DNA of 64,000 bases from Acidobacteriota bacterium (GTDB taxonomy: Bacteria > Acidobacteriota > UBA890 > WLXD01), in NCBI GenBank assembly GCA_965248695.1, contig CBDFKD010000002.1, positions 2,912,001 through 2,976,000 on the forward strand, given 5' to 3'. Made by a program: the position numbers and the translations under genes. Each line of letters begins with the position of its first letter. Position 1 is the first letter of the stretch. A model generated the notes under the pieces. The model saw nothing but the letters and a program-made list of their open reading frames with translations, was not told the DNA's origin and did no database searches. Shown here one piece after another: positions 8,601 through 18,270 of this stretch.

Positions 8601-10067
8601 ATGAGAACGACCAAGCTGGCTGCATCGGTCCTGATCGTCTCCGCGTCCGTTTCTCTGTGTTCCTGTGCTGTCGAAAGCGCCGATCGCTCATCGACGGATA
8701 CGGTCGTGTCCGAAGCACAGGCACAGGAAGAGGCTGACTTGAGCGAATGGAACGATCGGATTCGGCGGGAGAAGTTCGACACGGTTCTGCCTGAAGTCAT
8801 GCGGAAGAACGATGTCGACATGTGGATTCATGTGATGCGGGAGGCCGTTCCGGATCCGTTCGGTGCCGAAGACCTGGGGAGCACCTCCGGGATTTTCGTC
8901 TTCACGGACCGCGGCGACCGGATCGAACGGGCGGTTCTCGGGCGGCGCTGGGGAGCCTCCCATGCCGGGGAAACCTGGCGGGTGACCTGGGACACCGGGT
9001 CCGTCGAGGAATCCGGCGCCTACGACATACTCCGCGACCCGGTTCTGGTGAAGCAGCCGCCGGGAGGGCCGGAGACCGAATATGACTACCGATTCGAGGG
9101 CCTCGGCGACTTCGTCCAAGCACGCGATCCGGAACGAATCGCGCTGAACTTCAAGCTCGAACTGGGGCCATACCCGACCACGACCAGGGCACAGGACGGC
9201 CTTTCGTACACCGACTACCTCCTGCTGACCGCGGAGATCGGCGAACGATACGCCAGTCGGATCGTCTCGTCGGAATCCGTGATGATGGAGTACATCGCCA
9301 GACCGGTGCCGAGCGAGATCGAGCTGCTCAAGAAAATGCGCGCCGACGAGATTGCACGCATAACGCGCGCGTTCGAGCAGATCGTGCCCGGTGTAACGAA
9401 GAACCGCGACGTCGGGCTGACCGTCTTTCGCCGTCGAGGCGCAGGAGTCTCACAGCGGGGACGGACTCCGGGGCATGAGAACGTGGCGATCGAAGGCGGC
9501 GACATCGTCGCCGCCCCGAGCCAGGGAATGTACGCCTACGTGCTCCGCGACGGAGAGACGGAGCCGCCTCCGGAGATCAAGGAGCTCTGGGCAACGTACC
9601 GCAGGATCGACCAGATCCTGGCCGCGAACATCAAGGTCGGCCTTACCCCGCGTCAGATCGTCGACAACTACACCACCGCGTTCGAAGAAACCGAGATCGT
9701 TCTGCGCGCTGAGCAGTTGCATCTGTTCACTCCGAGAAACGATTTCCCCTCCTATACCGCCGGTTTCGACCCCGACCAGACACATCTCAACATCGACTGC
9801 CATGGCATGGGAAAAGGGGCGCGCGAACGGAAGTTCGAGAACTACTTCGGTCCCCGAATCGGCTCCAACGGTCCCGAGTGGATGTGGGACATACCGCTCC
9901 CACCCAATCACCACTTCGTGCTGGAGTATTTCGTCTACATGCCGTGGCCTTCCAGCGAGCACGACGACCAGTACTTGCTCTGGTGGGACCATGAGCAGGC
10001 GCTTGCCACCGAAAGCGGCGTCGAATACCTGTCCCCGCCGCAAGAAGAGCTCTATCTCATCGACTAG
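8601..10067 (+). CDS. Putative lipoprotein with M24 peptidase-like fold
   Basis: GGAGG RBS; lipobox-like LCSC; REKFDTVLPEVMRKNDVDMWIH, YAYVLRDGETEPP, IDCHGMG. Confidence 0.65.
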   Translation: MRTTKLAASVLIVSASVSLCSCAVESADRSSTDTVVSEAQAQEEADLSEWNDRIRREKFDTVLPEVMRKNDVDMWIHVMREAVPDPFGAEDLGSTSGIFVFTDRGDRIERAVLGRRWGASHAGETWRVTWDTGSVEESGAYDILRDPVLVKQPPGGPETEYDYRFEGLGDFVQARDPERIALNFKLELGPYPTTTRAQDGLSYTDYLLLTAEIGERYASRIVSSESVMMEYIARPVPSEIELLKKMRADEIARITRAFEQIVPGVTKNRDVGLTVFRRRGAGVSQRGRTPGHENVAIEGGDIVAAPSQGMYAYVLRDGETEPPPEIKELWATYRRIDQILAANIKVGLTPRQIVDNYTTAFEETEIVLRAEQLHLFTPRNDFPSYTAGFDPDQTHLNIDCHGMGKGARERKFENYFGPRIGSNGPEWMWDIPLPPNHHFVLEYFVYMPWPSSEHDDQYLLWWDHEQALATESGVEYLSPPQEELYLID

Positions 10068-10177
10068 ACGATTCCGTACATCCTCATGATCCGATAGGCT
10101 CCTCGGTACTCGCTGGTCGGGAAACCCCGGCTGAGGAGCTCCTGCATCCTGTTTTCGGCGCCATCGGAGGCGCGACG

Positions 10178-11104
10178 ATGGCGACCGCCAAGCTAGGCAT
10201 ATTCATCGCCCTGGGTTTGGTAACTTCGACCTTCGTCGCCATCTGGGTGCTCGCGGGTCGCAACGCCCGTCGCACCCTGCCGGCGGCGGACCCGGCAGTT
10301 CGCGCCGGATGGCCCGATCTCAAGGAAACCGTCATCGGGGCGGTGGTCGCCTTCTTCGACACCCTCGGCATCGGCTCATTCGCGCCGACAACCGCCGCCT
10401 ACAAGTTCTTCCGCATCGTCCCCGATCGGATCATCCCAGGCACCCTCAACACCGGCGGCAGCCTCACCATCTTCGCGCAGGCGCTCATCTACGTGACCAT
10501 CAGCGAGGTCGACATGACGACGCTGGTGCTGTTGATCGCAGCGGCGACTGTCGGCGCTTGGCTCGGTGCCGGGATCGTTGCCGAGTTACCACGTCGCCGC
10601 ATTCAGGTGGGCATGGGCATCGCCTTGCTCGTGGCAGCCACCCTGATGGTCATGGCGCAATTCGATCTGTTCCCTGTCGGGGGCGAGGCACTCGCTTTCC
10701 ACGGCCCGTTGCTGGCGGCGGCGATGGTCGGCAACTTCATTCTCGGTGCGCTCATGACGCTCGGAATCGGCATGTACGCTCCGTGCATGATCATGGTCAG
10801 CCTCATGGGCTTGGACCCGCGGGCAGCCTTCCCGATCATGATGGGCTCCTGCGCGTTCCTCATGCCGGTGGCGAGCATGAGCTTCGTACGCAAGAACAGC
10901 TACGCGCTGCGCCCGGCGCTGGGCCTGGCGCTCGGCGGCGTCCCGGCGGTGCTCGTCGCCGCCTTCGTCGTCGGCTCGCTGCCGCTGACCGCCATCCGAT
11001 GGTTGGTGGTGGTCGTGGTGATCTACGCTGCGATCGCGATGCTGGTCTCGGCTCGGAATGAGCTCGGAGCGAGCCCTGGGTCAGCCGGAGTAGAGGAAGG
11101 CTAG
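10178..11104 (+). CDS. TauE/SafE (sulfite exporter) family membrane protein
   Basis: Multi-TM; FFDTLGIGSFAPTT, IPGTLN, LMTLGIGMYAPC, AAFPIMMGSCAFL. Confidence 0.85.
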   Translation: MATAKLGIFIALGLVTSTFVAIWVLAGRNARRTLPAADPAVRAGWPDLKETVIGAVVAFFDTLGIGSFAPTTAAYKFFRIVPDRIIPGTLNTGGSLTIFAQALIYVTISEVDMTTLVLLIAAATVGAWLGAGIVAELPRRRIQVGMGIALLVAATLMVMAQFDLFPVGGEALAFHGPLLAAAMVGNFILGALMTLGIGMYAPCMIMVSLMGLDPRAAFPIMMGSCAFLMPVASMSFVRKNSYALRPALGLALGGVPAVLVAAFVVGSLPLTAIRWLVVVVVIYAAIAMLVSARNELGASPGSAGVEEG

Positions 11105-11109
11105 TGACT

Positions 11110-13125
11110 ATGAAGAAGTCCGACCGTAACTTGGGAATGGACCGGGAGATCACCCGGCGCGACTTTCTGAACGGCACCCGCGCGACGATCGGAGGCGCCG
11201 GTGCGATCGGCGCAGGGGTGCTCTCGGGTGACACGGTGAGCGCGGCGGAGCCGCCCGCGACCTCCTCGGGCCCAACGCACGTTGCGCAGGGCTCGCCGCC
11301 ATCGGACGAGTACTACCCGCCCAAGTTGACCGGGATGCGCGGCAGCCACGAGGGGTCTTTCGAAGTCGCGCACGAGATGCGCTATGGGAAGACCTGGGAC
11401 GAGGCCGAGGACACCGGCGAGAGCTACGACCTGATCGTGGTGGGAGGAGGATTGAGCGGGTTGTCCGCCGCGTGGTTCTTCAAGAAAGCGCTACCTGACT
11501 CGAAGGTGCTGGTGCTCGACAACCACGACGACTTCGGCGGCCACGCCAAGCGCAACGAGTTCATGGTGAACGGCCGCCAGGTGATCGGATTCGGCGGCAC
11601 GATGTCGATCCACGGCGCCAACAGCTACACGTACGAGGCAAAATCGCTGCTGGAGGAGATCGGCATCGACAAACCGCGTTACCTGGCGAGCACCGAGTCG
11701 GACCGCACCCTGTACCGCAGGATGGGTCTGCAGCCGGGCGTCTTCTTCGACCGCGAGACCTTTGGCCAGGATCGCCTGGTGGTTGGGAGACCGCGGCGGA
11801 GCTCCCAGCCGGCCCGGGCGGGCTCGCCCACCTGGGAAGAGTTCCTCGCCAAGACGCCGCTGTCCGACGCTGTCAAGGAGGACATGCTGCAGCTCCACGA
11901 GGGCCAGCGCGACTACCTGCCCGGCCTTTCGCTCGAGGAGAAGAAGCAGCGGCTGCGCAAGATCAGCTATCAGGACTACCTGCTGGAGGTCGTGAAGGCC
12001 GACCCCGGCGTGATCCCCTACTTCATGCGGCGGGGCGACGCCAACGGCTCGGGCGGGATCGACTCCGTTAGCGCCTGGGGCGCCCTACGCGCCGGGTGGT
12101 TCCCGGGGTTCGATGGGCTCGGGCTGGAGCAACCACCGCAGAGCTGGCTCGGCGAGGGAGACGAATTCGGCCCCAGCATCCACTTCCCCGACGGCAACGC
12201 CGCGGTTGCCCGGCTGATCGTCCGATGGCTGATCCCGAAGGCCCTCCCCGGCACGACGATGGAAGACTCGGTGGCGACACCGATCAACTATGCCGCCATC
12301 GACGAGGACGGCAGCCCGGTTCGGATTCGGCTCAACAGCACGGTGGTCAACGCCCGCCACGTCGGCGAGCGCCGCACCGCTAGCGAGGTCGAGGTTACCT
12401 ACGTGCGCGACGGCAAGGCGCACCGCGTGCGTGGCGCCACCTGCGTGATGGCCTGCTACAACGCCATGATCCCCTACCTCTGTCCCGACTTTCCGGAGGA
12501 GCAGAAGGAAGCCCTGCACATGGCCGTTCGCAGGCCGCTGGTCTACACCAGCGTCGTGCTGCGGAACTGGAAGGCTTTCGAGAAGCTCGGCGTTTCGAAC
12601 ATCTACAGCCCAGGCGGATACCACGAGGTCATCGACCTGGACTACGGCCGCAGCCTCGGCGACTACCAGTGTGCGCAGACGCCCGAGGATCCGATGGTTC
12701 TGCATCTGCAGCGCTTCCCCCCCCACCCGGGGTTGCCGGCCCGCGACCAGTTCCGTGCCGGGCGCGAGGAGCTGCAGTCGACCCCGTTCGAGACCTTCGA
12801 GCGCAGTATCCGTGACCAGCTGGGCCGCGCCCTCGCAGAAGGTGGCTTCGATCCGGCCCGCGATATCGAGGCCATCACGGTGAACCGCTGGCCACACGGC
12901 TACGCTGGCGGCGCCAACGATCTGTACGACCCCGAATGGGGATACGACGAGGTTCCCTGGGTACGCGGTCGCCAGCGCTTCGGTCGCATCACGGTGGCCA
13001 ACTCCGACGCTGCCGCCACCAGCCTGACCCATGCCGCCATCGATCAGGCGCACCGAGCGGTCCAGGAGCTGTTGACCGACGTCATCCGCCCCGAGTTTCA
13101 GTATCCGTGGGCGGAGCGAACCTGA
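11110..13125 (+). CDS. spdH: Tat-exported flavoprotein, spermidine dehydrogenase (SpdH)-like
   Basis: LGMDREITRRDFLNG Tat motif; YYPPKLTGMRGSHEGSFEVAH; VGGGLSGLSAA FAD motif; DNHDDFGGHAKRNEF; FPDGNA; ITVNRWPHGYA. Confidence 0.8.
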   Translation: MKKSDRNLGMDREITRRDFLNGTRATIGGAGAIGAGVLSGDTVSAAEPPATSSGPTHVAQGSPPSDEYYPPKLTGMRGSHEGSFEVAHEMRYGKTWDEAEDTGESYDLIVVGGGLSGLSAAWFFKKALPDSKVLVLDNHDDFGGHAKRNEFMVNGRQVIGFGGTMSIHGANSYTYEAKSLLEEIGIDKPRYLASTESDRTLYRRMGLQPGVFFDRETFGQDRLVVGRPRRSSQPARAGSPTWEEFLAKTPLSDAVKEDMLQLHEGQRDYLPGLSLEEKKQRLRKISYQDYLLEVVKADPGVIPYFMRRGDANGSGGIDSVSAWGALRAGWFPGFDGLGLEQPPQSWLGEGDEFGPSIHFPDGNAAVARLIVRWLIPKALPGTTMEDSVATPINYAAIDEDGSPVRIRLNSTVVNARHVGERRTASEVEVTYVRDGKAHRVRGATCVMACYNAMIPYLCPDFPEEQKEALHMAVRRPLVYTSVVLRNWKAFEKLGVSNIYSPGGYHEVIDLDYGRSLGDYQCAQTPEDPMVLHLQRFPPHPGLPARDQFRAGREELQSTPFETFERSIRDQLGRALAEGGFDPARDIEAITVNRWPHGYAGGANDLYDPEWGYDEVPWVRGRQRFGRITVANSDAAATSLTHAAIDQAHRAVQELLTDVIRPEFQYPWAERT

Positions 13126-13258
13126 TCTCCGGATCCCGAGCCGCTGTCGGTTTTGTACCTCGGTCCGCCAGGGATGATTGCCGGCGCCGCGTCTTAGCGG
13201 TCGTGGCGGACCGTGACAGGCGTCAACGAAGAATCATCGCCGCGAGCTACGGCATCCC

Positions 13259-14047
13259 CTATGCAGGCGTACACGGTTTCAGCGTGATCCAGATCAGCTC
13301 GATCGGGGTATCACCGGTGTTACCCGAGTTGTGCCCTTCGCTGAAATCGACCGCGTCCATCCAGCCAGCCGAACCCGCCTCGGACGGGTCCGTGCCGATC
13401 CTCTCCTGTCCGTTGCGGCGGCCTGACCAAACGCCGCCTCGAACGTGGACATAGACCTGATCGCCCGGGTGCGAGTGGACTCCTTCCCACTGGCCCGGTT
13501 CGACGATGAACCTCTGGACGACGGCGCGTTCGTTCTCCAGCAGCAACTCGCTGGGGATGTCGGGATAGTACGTACCGACCGAGTGGTTGGAGGTCACCGT
13601 GCAGTCCTTCAGCGTCACCCAGACGAGCTCGATCGGGGTGTCGCCGCTGTTGCCCGATTCGTGATTCTCCTCCTCACCGATCGCACCGTAAAACCCGACG
13701 GACCCGTCTTCCGCCTGGGACACGTTTTCCCGGCCACCTCGTCGGACGGTCCATTCGCCGCCCTTGATGTGGACGTAGATCTGATTGCCGGGATGCGTAT
13801 GCAATCCCTCGAACTCTCCGGGCTCGACTGTGAACTTCTGTACGATGACCTTGTCATTCTCGAGTAAAAGCTCACCCGGAATGTTCGGGTAGTGGACGCC
13901 CGCCTGCTGGCCGGCGAAATTGTCCGTCGGGAGGCCCAACAACAGGCCCGCGGCGAAGAGACAGCTCAAGACTCTGCTCCCGGTGATCCAACGCTGTCGC
14001 CGAACGCGCGAGTGTCGATTGCGTCCGCTTCGAACCGGTACTGGCAT
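13259..14047 (-). CDS. Secreted tandem-cupin (bicupin) protein, paralog A
   Basis: GAGGAGG RBS before ATG 14047; signal-like segment; two copies of LLEN..V.VQ.F.VEPG..EG.H.HPG.Q.YVH..GG.W...H.SGN.GDTPIEL.W.TLK.C. Confidence 0.75.
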   Translation of the reverse strand: MPVPVRSGRNRHSRVRRQRWITGSRVLSCLFAAGLLLGLPTDNFAGQQAGVHYPNIPGELLLENDKVIVQKFTVEPGEFEGLHTHPGNQIYVHIKGGEWTVRRGGRENVSQAEDGSVGFYGAIGEEENHESGNSGDTPIELVWVTLKDCTVTSNHSVGTYYPDIPSELLLENERAVVQRFIVEPGQWEGVHSHPGDQVYVHVRGGVWSGRRNGQERIGTDPSEAGSAGWMDAVDFSEGHNSGNTGDTPIELIWITLKPCTPA

Positions 14048-14205
14048 CTCTATTCCTCCTCGGGCTGCCGTCGTCGGAGCACGCGGTGCCGCTCCGGTTA
14101 CGGCGTCTGGGTTCTGGCGGCGGTCGCCAGAGATCGCTGCCGTCCTCTGCAAGTTGTCTCTATCCTAGCTCGGTTCAGCCATGCGTAGCGGGGCCGTCGG
14201 TTTGA

Positions 14206-15651
14206 TCAGGGGTCCGGCGTTCCCGTATCCGCCGCAAGCGATGCGCGGTGCTCACGCACCGCCCGGCCCAGAGGGCCTGCCGCCCAGCTGTCCTGGTATT
14301 GGTGGCGAAGCGGCTCCTGCTCCTTCGGGTCTTTCGCCAAGTTGTAGTAGGCGGGTCGAGTGCGGATGGTGAGGGGCTGCCCGATGCGCTCCATTTCCTT
14401 GTACAGCATCTTCCAGTTGCGCCATTTCGCGCCAACGATCTCGTTGCCTAGGTACAAGACGAGCGACTCGCGGGCTGGCTCGTCAGTCTTGCCCATCAGG
14501 AAGTCGGAATAGTCGGCGCTGTCCATGACCCGGTCGGTCGGCATCTCGGCATTCACGAACGCGGCGAGCGTGGCGTAGACGTCCATCGCGTGGACGATCT
14601 CGTTGGACTTCCGCATGGCGGGGATCTTGCCTGGCCAGCGGATCAGGAACGGCACTCGATAGGCGCCCTCGTAGGTCGTGAAGATGCCGCCTCGCCAGGG
14701 TCCGTTGAAGCCCTCGCGCTCGATGCCGCCATAGCCCCCGTTGTCGGAGGTGAAGATGAAGATGGTGTCGTCTCTCAGGCCCAGCTCGTCGATCGCGTCG
14801 AGCAGGTCGCCCACGTACTCGTCGGTCTGAGCCAGGATGTCGGCGAAGTTCCCGTTGCCCGTTCTTCCCTTGGTGGCGGGGTGGGGATCGTGGGGCGTAT
14901 GCGTCTGCGTGTAGGGCACGTAGGCGAAGAAGGGCCGGCCCTCTCCCGCATTGCGACGAATGAACTCGAGCGTGCGATCGGTGCTCTCGCGATCGATGGT
15001 CGCCCGCCTGGCGCGGTCGTAGACCTCGAGCACCTCGGGCCGCTCGCCTCGAGTCGCCGTCATGACGTGCTGGTAGTCCAGTTCCAGGTCAGCTGGAACC
15101 GAGTTGCTGTCGGGCCAGTGCGCCTCGTTGGAGGAGCGCGGAATCCCCCACCACTCGTCGAACCCCTGATCGGTGGGGAAGCGACCGTCGACCTCGCCCA
15201 AATGCCACTTGCCGAAGATGCCGGTGGCATAGCCGGCGGCGGACAGCATCTCCGGCAGCGTGTACTCCCATTCGGTGAGCCCGTACCACTCGGATCGCGC
15301 GGTGCCGTCCTGCCGGAGCCGCGTGCGCATCGAGTACCGCCCGCTCATCAGCGCCGACCGTGTAGGCGTACATTCGGAGTCGACGTTGTAGTTTGTCAGC
15401 TGAAAGCCCTCATGGGCGATGCTGTCGATACGGGGGGTCGCCGCCCCCCGGATGGCCCCGCCGCCATAGATGCCTGGTTCGCCGTAGCCGAAGTTGTCCA
15501 TCATGACGAGCACGATGTTCGGTTTCTCTGCATTACTCTGCTGCCTGGAGACCCTGGGCTCCGCCGAGTTGCCCGCCGTAGCCAGCAGCGGTAACGCGAT
15601 CAGAATCACCAGCGACACCAGCGTCACCGACAGGCGTGCACGAACACACAT
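14206..15651 (-). CDS. Arylsulfatase (formylglycine-dependent, Cys-type)
   Basis: Signal peptide; KPNIVLVMMDNFGYG; CTPTRSALMSGR; GKWHLG; FTSDNG. Confidence 0.92.
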   Translation of the reverse strand: MCVRARLSVTLVSLVILIALPLLATAGNSAEPRVSRQQSNAEKPNIVLVMMDNFGYGEPGIYGGGAIRGAATPRIDSIAHEGFQLTNYNVDSECTPTRSALMSGRYSMRTRLRQDGTARSEWYGLTEWEYTLPEMLSAAGYATGIFGKWHLGEVDGRFPTDQGFDEWWGIPRSSNEAHWPDSNSVPADLELDYQHVMTATRGERPEVLEVYDRARRATIDRESTDRTLEFIRRNAGEGRPFFAYVPYTQTHTPHDPHPATKGRTGNGNFADILAQTDEYVGDLLDAIDELGLRDDTIFIFTSDNGGYGGIEREGFNGPWRGGIFTTYEGAYRVPFLIRWPGKIPAMRKSNEIVHAMDVYATLAAFVNAEMPTDRVMDSADYSDFLMGKTDEPARESLVLYLGNEIVGAKWRNWKMLYKEMERIGQPLTIRTRPAYYNLAKDPKEQEPLRHQYQDSWAAGPLGRAVREHRASLAADTGTPDP

Positions 15652-15768
15652 CGAAGCCTCCTTTGATATTTGATAGTCGGAGTTCTCATGCTTGGATCAA
15701 CCGTGATACCGCATAGAGGAAAGCAGGATTCTCCAAGCTGTCAACTCCACTATGGGTCATCGATCTTC

Positions 15769-17292
15769 GTGCGCCGCTCGGTTTCGATGGTGGTAGGTGC
15801 TCTGCTCACCTTGGCAGGGTGTGGCTCGCAACCTCAGGAGCCTCCCCCGCGAGCGTCGGCGTCTGCGCCCGACGATGGCTTGTTGCAATGGGCGCTGCCG
15901 CCGGGAGCCGAGGCTTATGCGTACATCGACGGCAGGCGGCTACACGAGTACGTCGTGGAGCAAGCAGCGATCTCACGCCGCTATCGCGACCAAGGGCATC
16001 CGCGCTTCTGGGGCCGGATCACCGGTACCTCCGGCGACGCCGAGAGCGCCGAGTGGTTGCTCGACAAGTTCCGGGGAATCGGCCTGTCGGATGTGCGCGC
16101 CCAGCCGTTCGACCTTGAGCCACAGTGGATGCCACAGTCGTGGGCAGTCTCGGTCACGGCCGGCGGCGAGACGATGGTGCTCGAATCGGCGCAGCCAGCC
16201 TACGGCGCGAACCCGACACCCGCGCAGGGCCTGGATCTCGAGGTGGTTTACGTGGGGCTGGGCAGCGAGGCAGACTTCGCCGGGCGCGATGTCCGCGGCA
16301 AGGCCGTCCTTACCTTCAGGGCACCGTTGTCGAGCTCGGAAGAAGCGCTGCAACGGGCGGATTCTCGGGGCGCCGCGGCCATTTTCAACGTCCCCATGCT
16401 ACCCGGCAACTTGCGCTACCAGGCGTACCCCTCGGGAACCGATGCGCCGGCGTTGACCCTGGGAAGCGATGACGGCTACGCGGTCCGGGAGCTGATTGCA
16501 CAGGCCTCCAATGGTGCGGCACCACGCGTCACAATCAACCTCGACGTCGAGCGCACGGCGGGCCTCGAGACGGCGCTCGTCTGGGCGACGCTGCCGGGGC
16601 GCACTGACGAGACCATCTACATCATGGCGCACCGCGATGGCTGGTTCGATGCTGCCGGCGACAACGCCTCCGGGGTTGCCTCGATGATCGGCCTGGCGGA
16701 GCACTACGCCGAGATTTCACGAGCCGAGCGACGACGAACGCTAGTATTCGTCGGTTTGGATGGGCATCACAACAGCGGTCCGGGCCAAGGCGTGGGCAGA
16801 ATGTGGATGGTCGACCACCGCGACGAGCTCTTTGCCGAGACGGCTTTGATGATCAACCTCGAACACCCGTCCACGCTGCAGACCACCGTCCGCCCTCGGT
16901 ACCATGGTTCGGTGCTGACAGCCGACGGTCTAAGCTTTCGCGACGGCGACGATATCGTCTGGGCCAACACGTATATGCCGCAGCAGTGGTATGCGGGCGG
17001 ACCCACCCGACCCCGGCTCCAGGCGATCGCCGTCAAGGCGTTTCGCGAGTTTGGAGTCAGCACCTATCTTGAACCGAACCCAGTGCCACCGGCCGGTGAT
17101 CTCGGCCGCTTCTTTCAGTTCGTTCCCGGGCTGGCGACGAGCGAGTTCTACCACTACTTCCACAGCGACCTGGAGACTCCGGAGACGGTGCCGTGGACCG
17201 GGCTCGAGGCCTCGACGCGCGCGCATGCACGGATCATCGACGAGGTGAACAAGCTCGAGCTGAGCGATTTGCAACGACCATCAGAGCCCTGA
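15769..17292 (+). CDS. M28 family peptidase lipoprotein with PA-like insert (start uncertain)
   Basis: Lipobox LAGC; WGRITGT; VVYVGLGSEADF (PA region); AHRDGWFDAAGDNASG; NLEH; YFHSD. Confidence 0.8.
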   Translation: MRRSVSMVVGALLTLAGCGSQPQEPPPRASASAPDDGLLQWALPPGAEAYAYIDGRRLHEYVVEQAAISRRYRDQGHPRFWGRITGTSGDAESAEWLLDKFRGIGLSDVRAQPFDLEPQWMPQSWAVSVTAGGETMVLESAQPAYGANPTPAQGLDLEVVYVGLGSEADFAGRDVRGKAVLTFRAPLSSSEEALQRADSRGAAAIFNVPMLPGNLRYQAYPSGTDAPALTLGSDDGYAVRELIAQASNGAAPRVTINLDVERTAGLETALVWATLPGRTDETIYIMAHRDGWFDAAGDNASGVASMIGLAEHYAEISRAERRRTLVFVGLDGHHNSGPGQGVGRMWMVDHRDELFAETALMINLEHPSTLQTTVRPRYHGSVLTADGLSFRDGDDIVWANTYMPQQWYAGGPTRPRLQAIAVKAFREFGVSTYLEPNPVPPAGDLGRFFQFVPGLATSEFYHYFHSDLETPETVPWTGLEASTRAHARIIDEVNKLELSDLQRPSEP

Positions 17293-17325
17293 GGTCGAAT
17301 TCTGTCGAGACAGAGGAGCCTGAAG

Positions 17326-18129
17326 ATGCCATCGGATCGCTGCCCAGAATCGCCCATTCGTAACGCTCTACGCCGACGCGGGACCCTCGCAGCCGCGGCA
17401 ACCATCGGTGGTGTGATGCTTGCCACCTTGATCATCGGGATTCCGGCGATCGGTATCGCCGCACAGCAGGTGGGCGTTTTCTATCCCAACATCCCCGGAG
17501 AGCTGGTGCTCGACAACGAATACGTCGTCGTGCAGCGGTTCATCATCGAGCCAGGTCAGTGGGAGGGGATTCACTCTCACCCGGGAAACCAGATCGCGGT
17601 GCGCATCAAGGGTGGCCTTTGGGCCGGACGCCGAGGCGGCGTCGAGGTATACCGAATGACCGAGCCCACCGAGGATGGCTCCGTCGGATGGACGGACGCC
17701 ATCGATATCTCCGAGCAGCACGAATCCGGCAACGTCGGAGATACGCCGATCGACCTCATCTGGATCACCCTGAAACGCTGCGCGCCGGTGTCGAACCAGG
17801 CCGTCGGTCAGGTCTACCCGGACGTTCCCGCCGAGGTGCTCCTGGAGAACGATCGCGTCGTCGTGCAGCGATTCGTTACCCAGCCGGGTCAATGGCAGGG
17901 AGTCCATTCCCACCCCGGCAGCCAGGTCTTCGTCCACACCAAGGGGGGCGAATGGACCATCCGCACAGGTGATCGAGAGACCGTCTCGTATTCCGAGACC
18001 GGTTCGGCCGGCTGGTGGCAGCGCGTCGACATGAGCGAAGCGCACGATACGGCCAACTCCGGCGATACGCCCATCGAGCACATCCTGATCAACCTCAAAC
18101 CGTGCGCATCGCTCGATAGCGGCCGCTAG
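17326..18129 (+). CDS. Secreted tandem-cupin (bicupin) protein, paralog B
   Basis: GAGGAG RBS; hydrophobic signal; QQ.GV.YPNIPGEL shared with paralog A; two HSHPG cupin motifs; both domains end LK.C. Confidence 0.75.
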   Translation: MPSDRCPESPIRNALRRRGTLAAAATIGGVMLATLIIGIPAIGIAAQQVGVFYPNIPGELVLDNEYVVVQRFIIEPGQWEGIHSHPGNQIAVRIKGGLWAGRRGGVEVYRMTEPTEDGSVGWTDAIDISEQHESGNVGDTPIDLIWITLKRCAPVSNQAVGQVYPDVPAEVLLENDRVVVQRFVTQPGQWQGVHSHPGSQVFVHTKGGEWTIRTGDRETVSYSETGSAGWWQRVDMSEAHDTANSGDTPIEHILINLKPCASLDSGR

Positions 18130-18270
18130 GAGACCGATCGCCAGCGCTTCTTGCGGTCGCCCCTCACCCGAACCTACGTCTTGCCGAGGTTGTTTCCTTC
18201 GAACCGAGCTCCACCCCTGCGATCGAAACTGGTTCGCTCACCCCCCGTCAGCCGGTACTCGGGAGCCGAA

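Noticed and set aside
13160-13214. CGGTCCGCCA/TGGCGGACCG inverted repeat between convergent genes as a novel RNA
   Set aside because: Single copy, long loop, no U-tract; position fits an ordinary transcript-end hairpin
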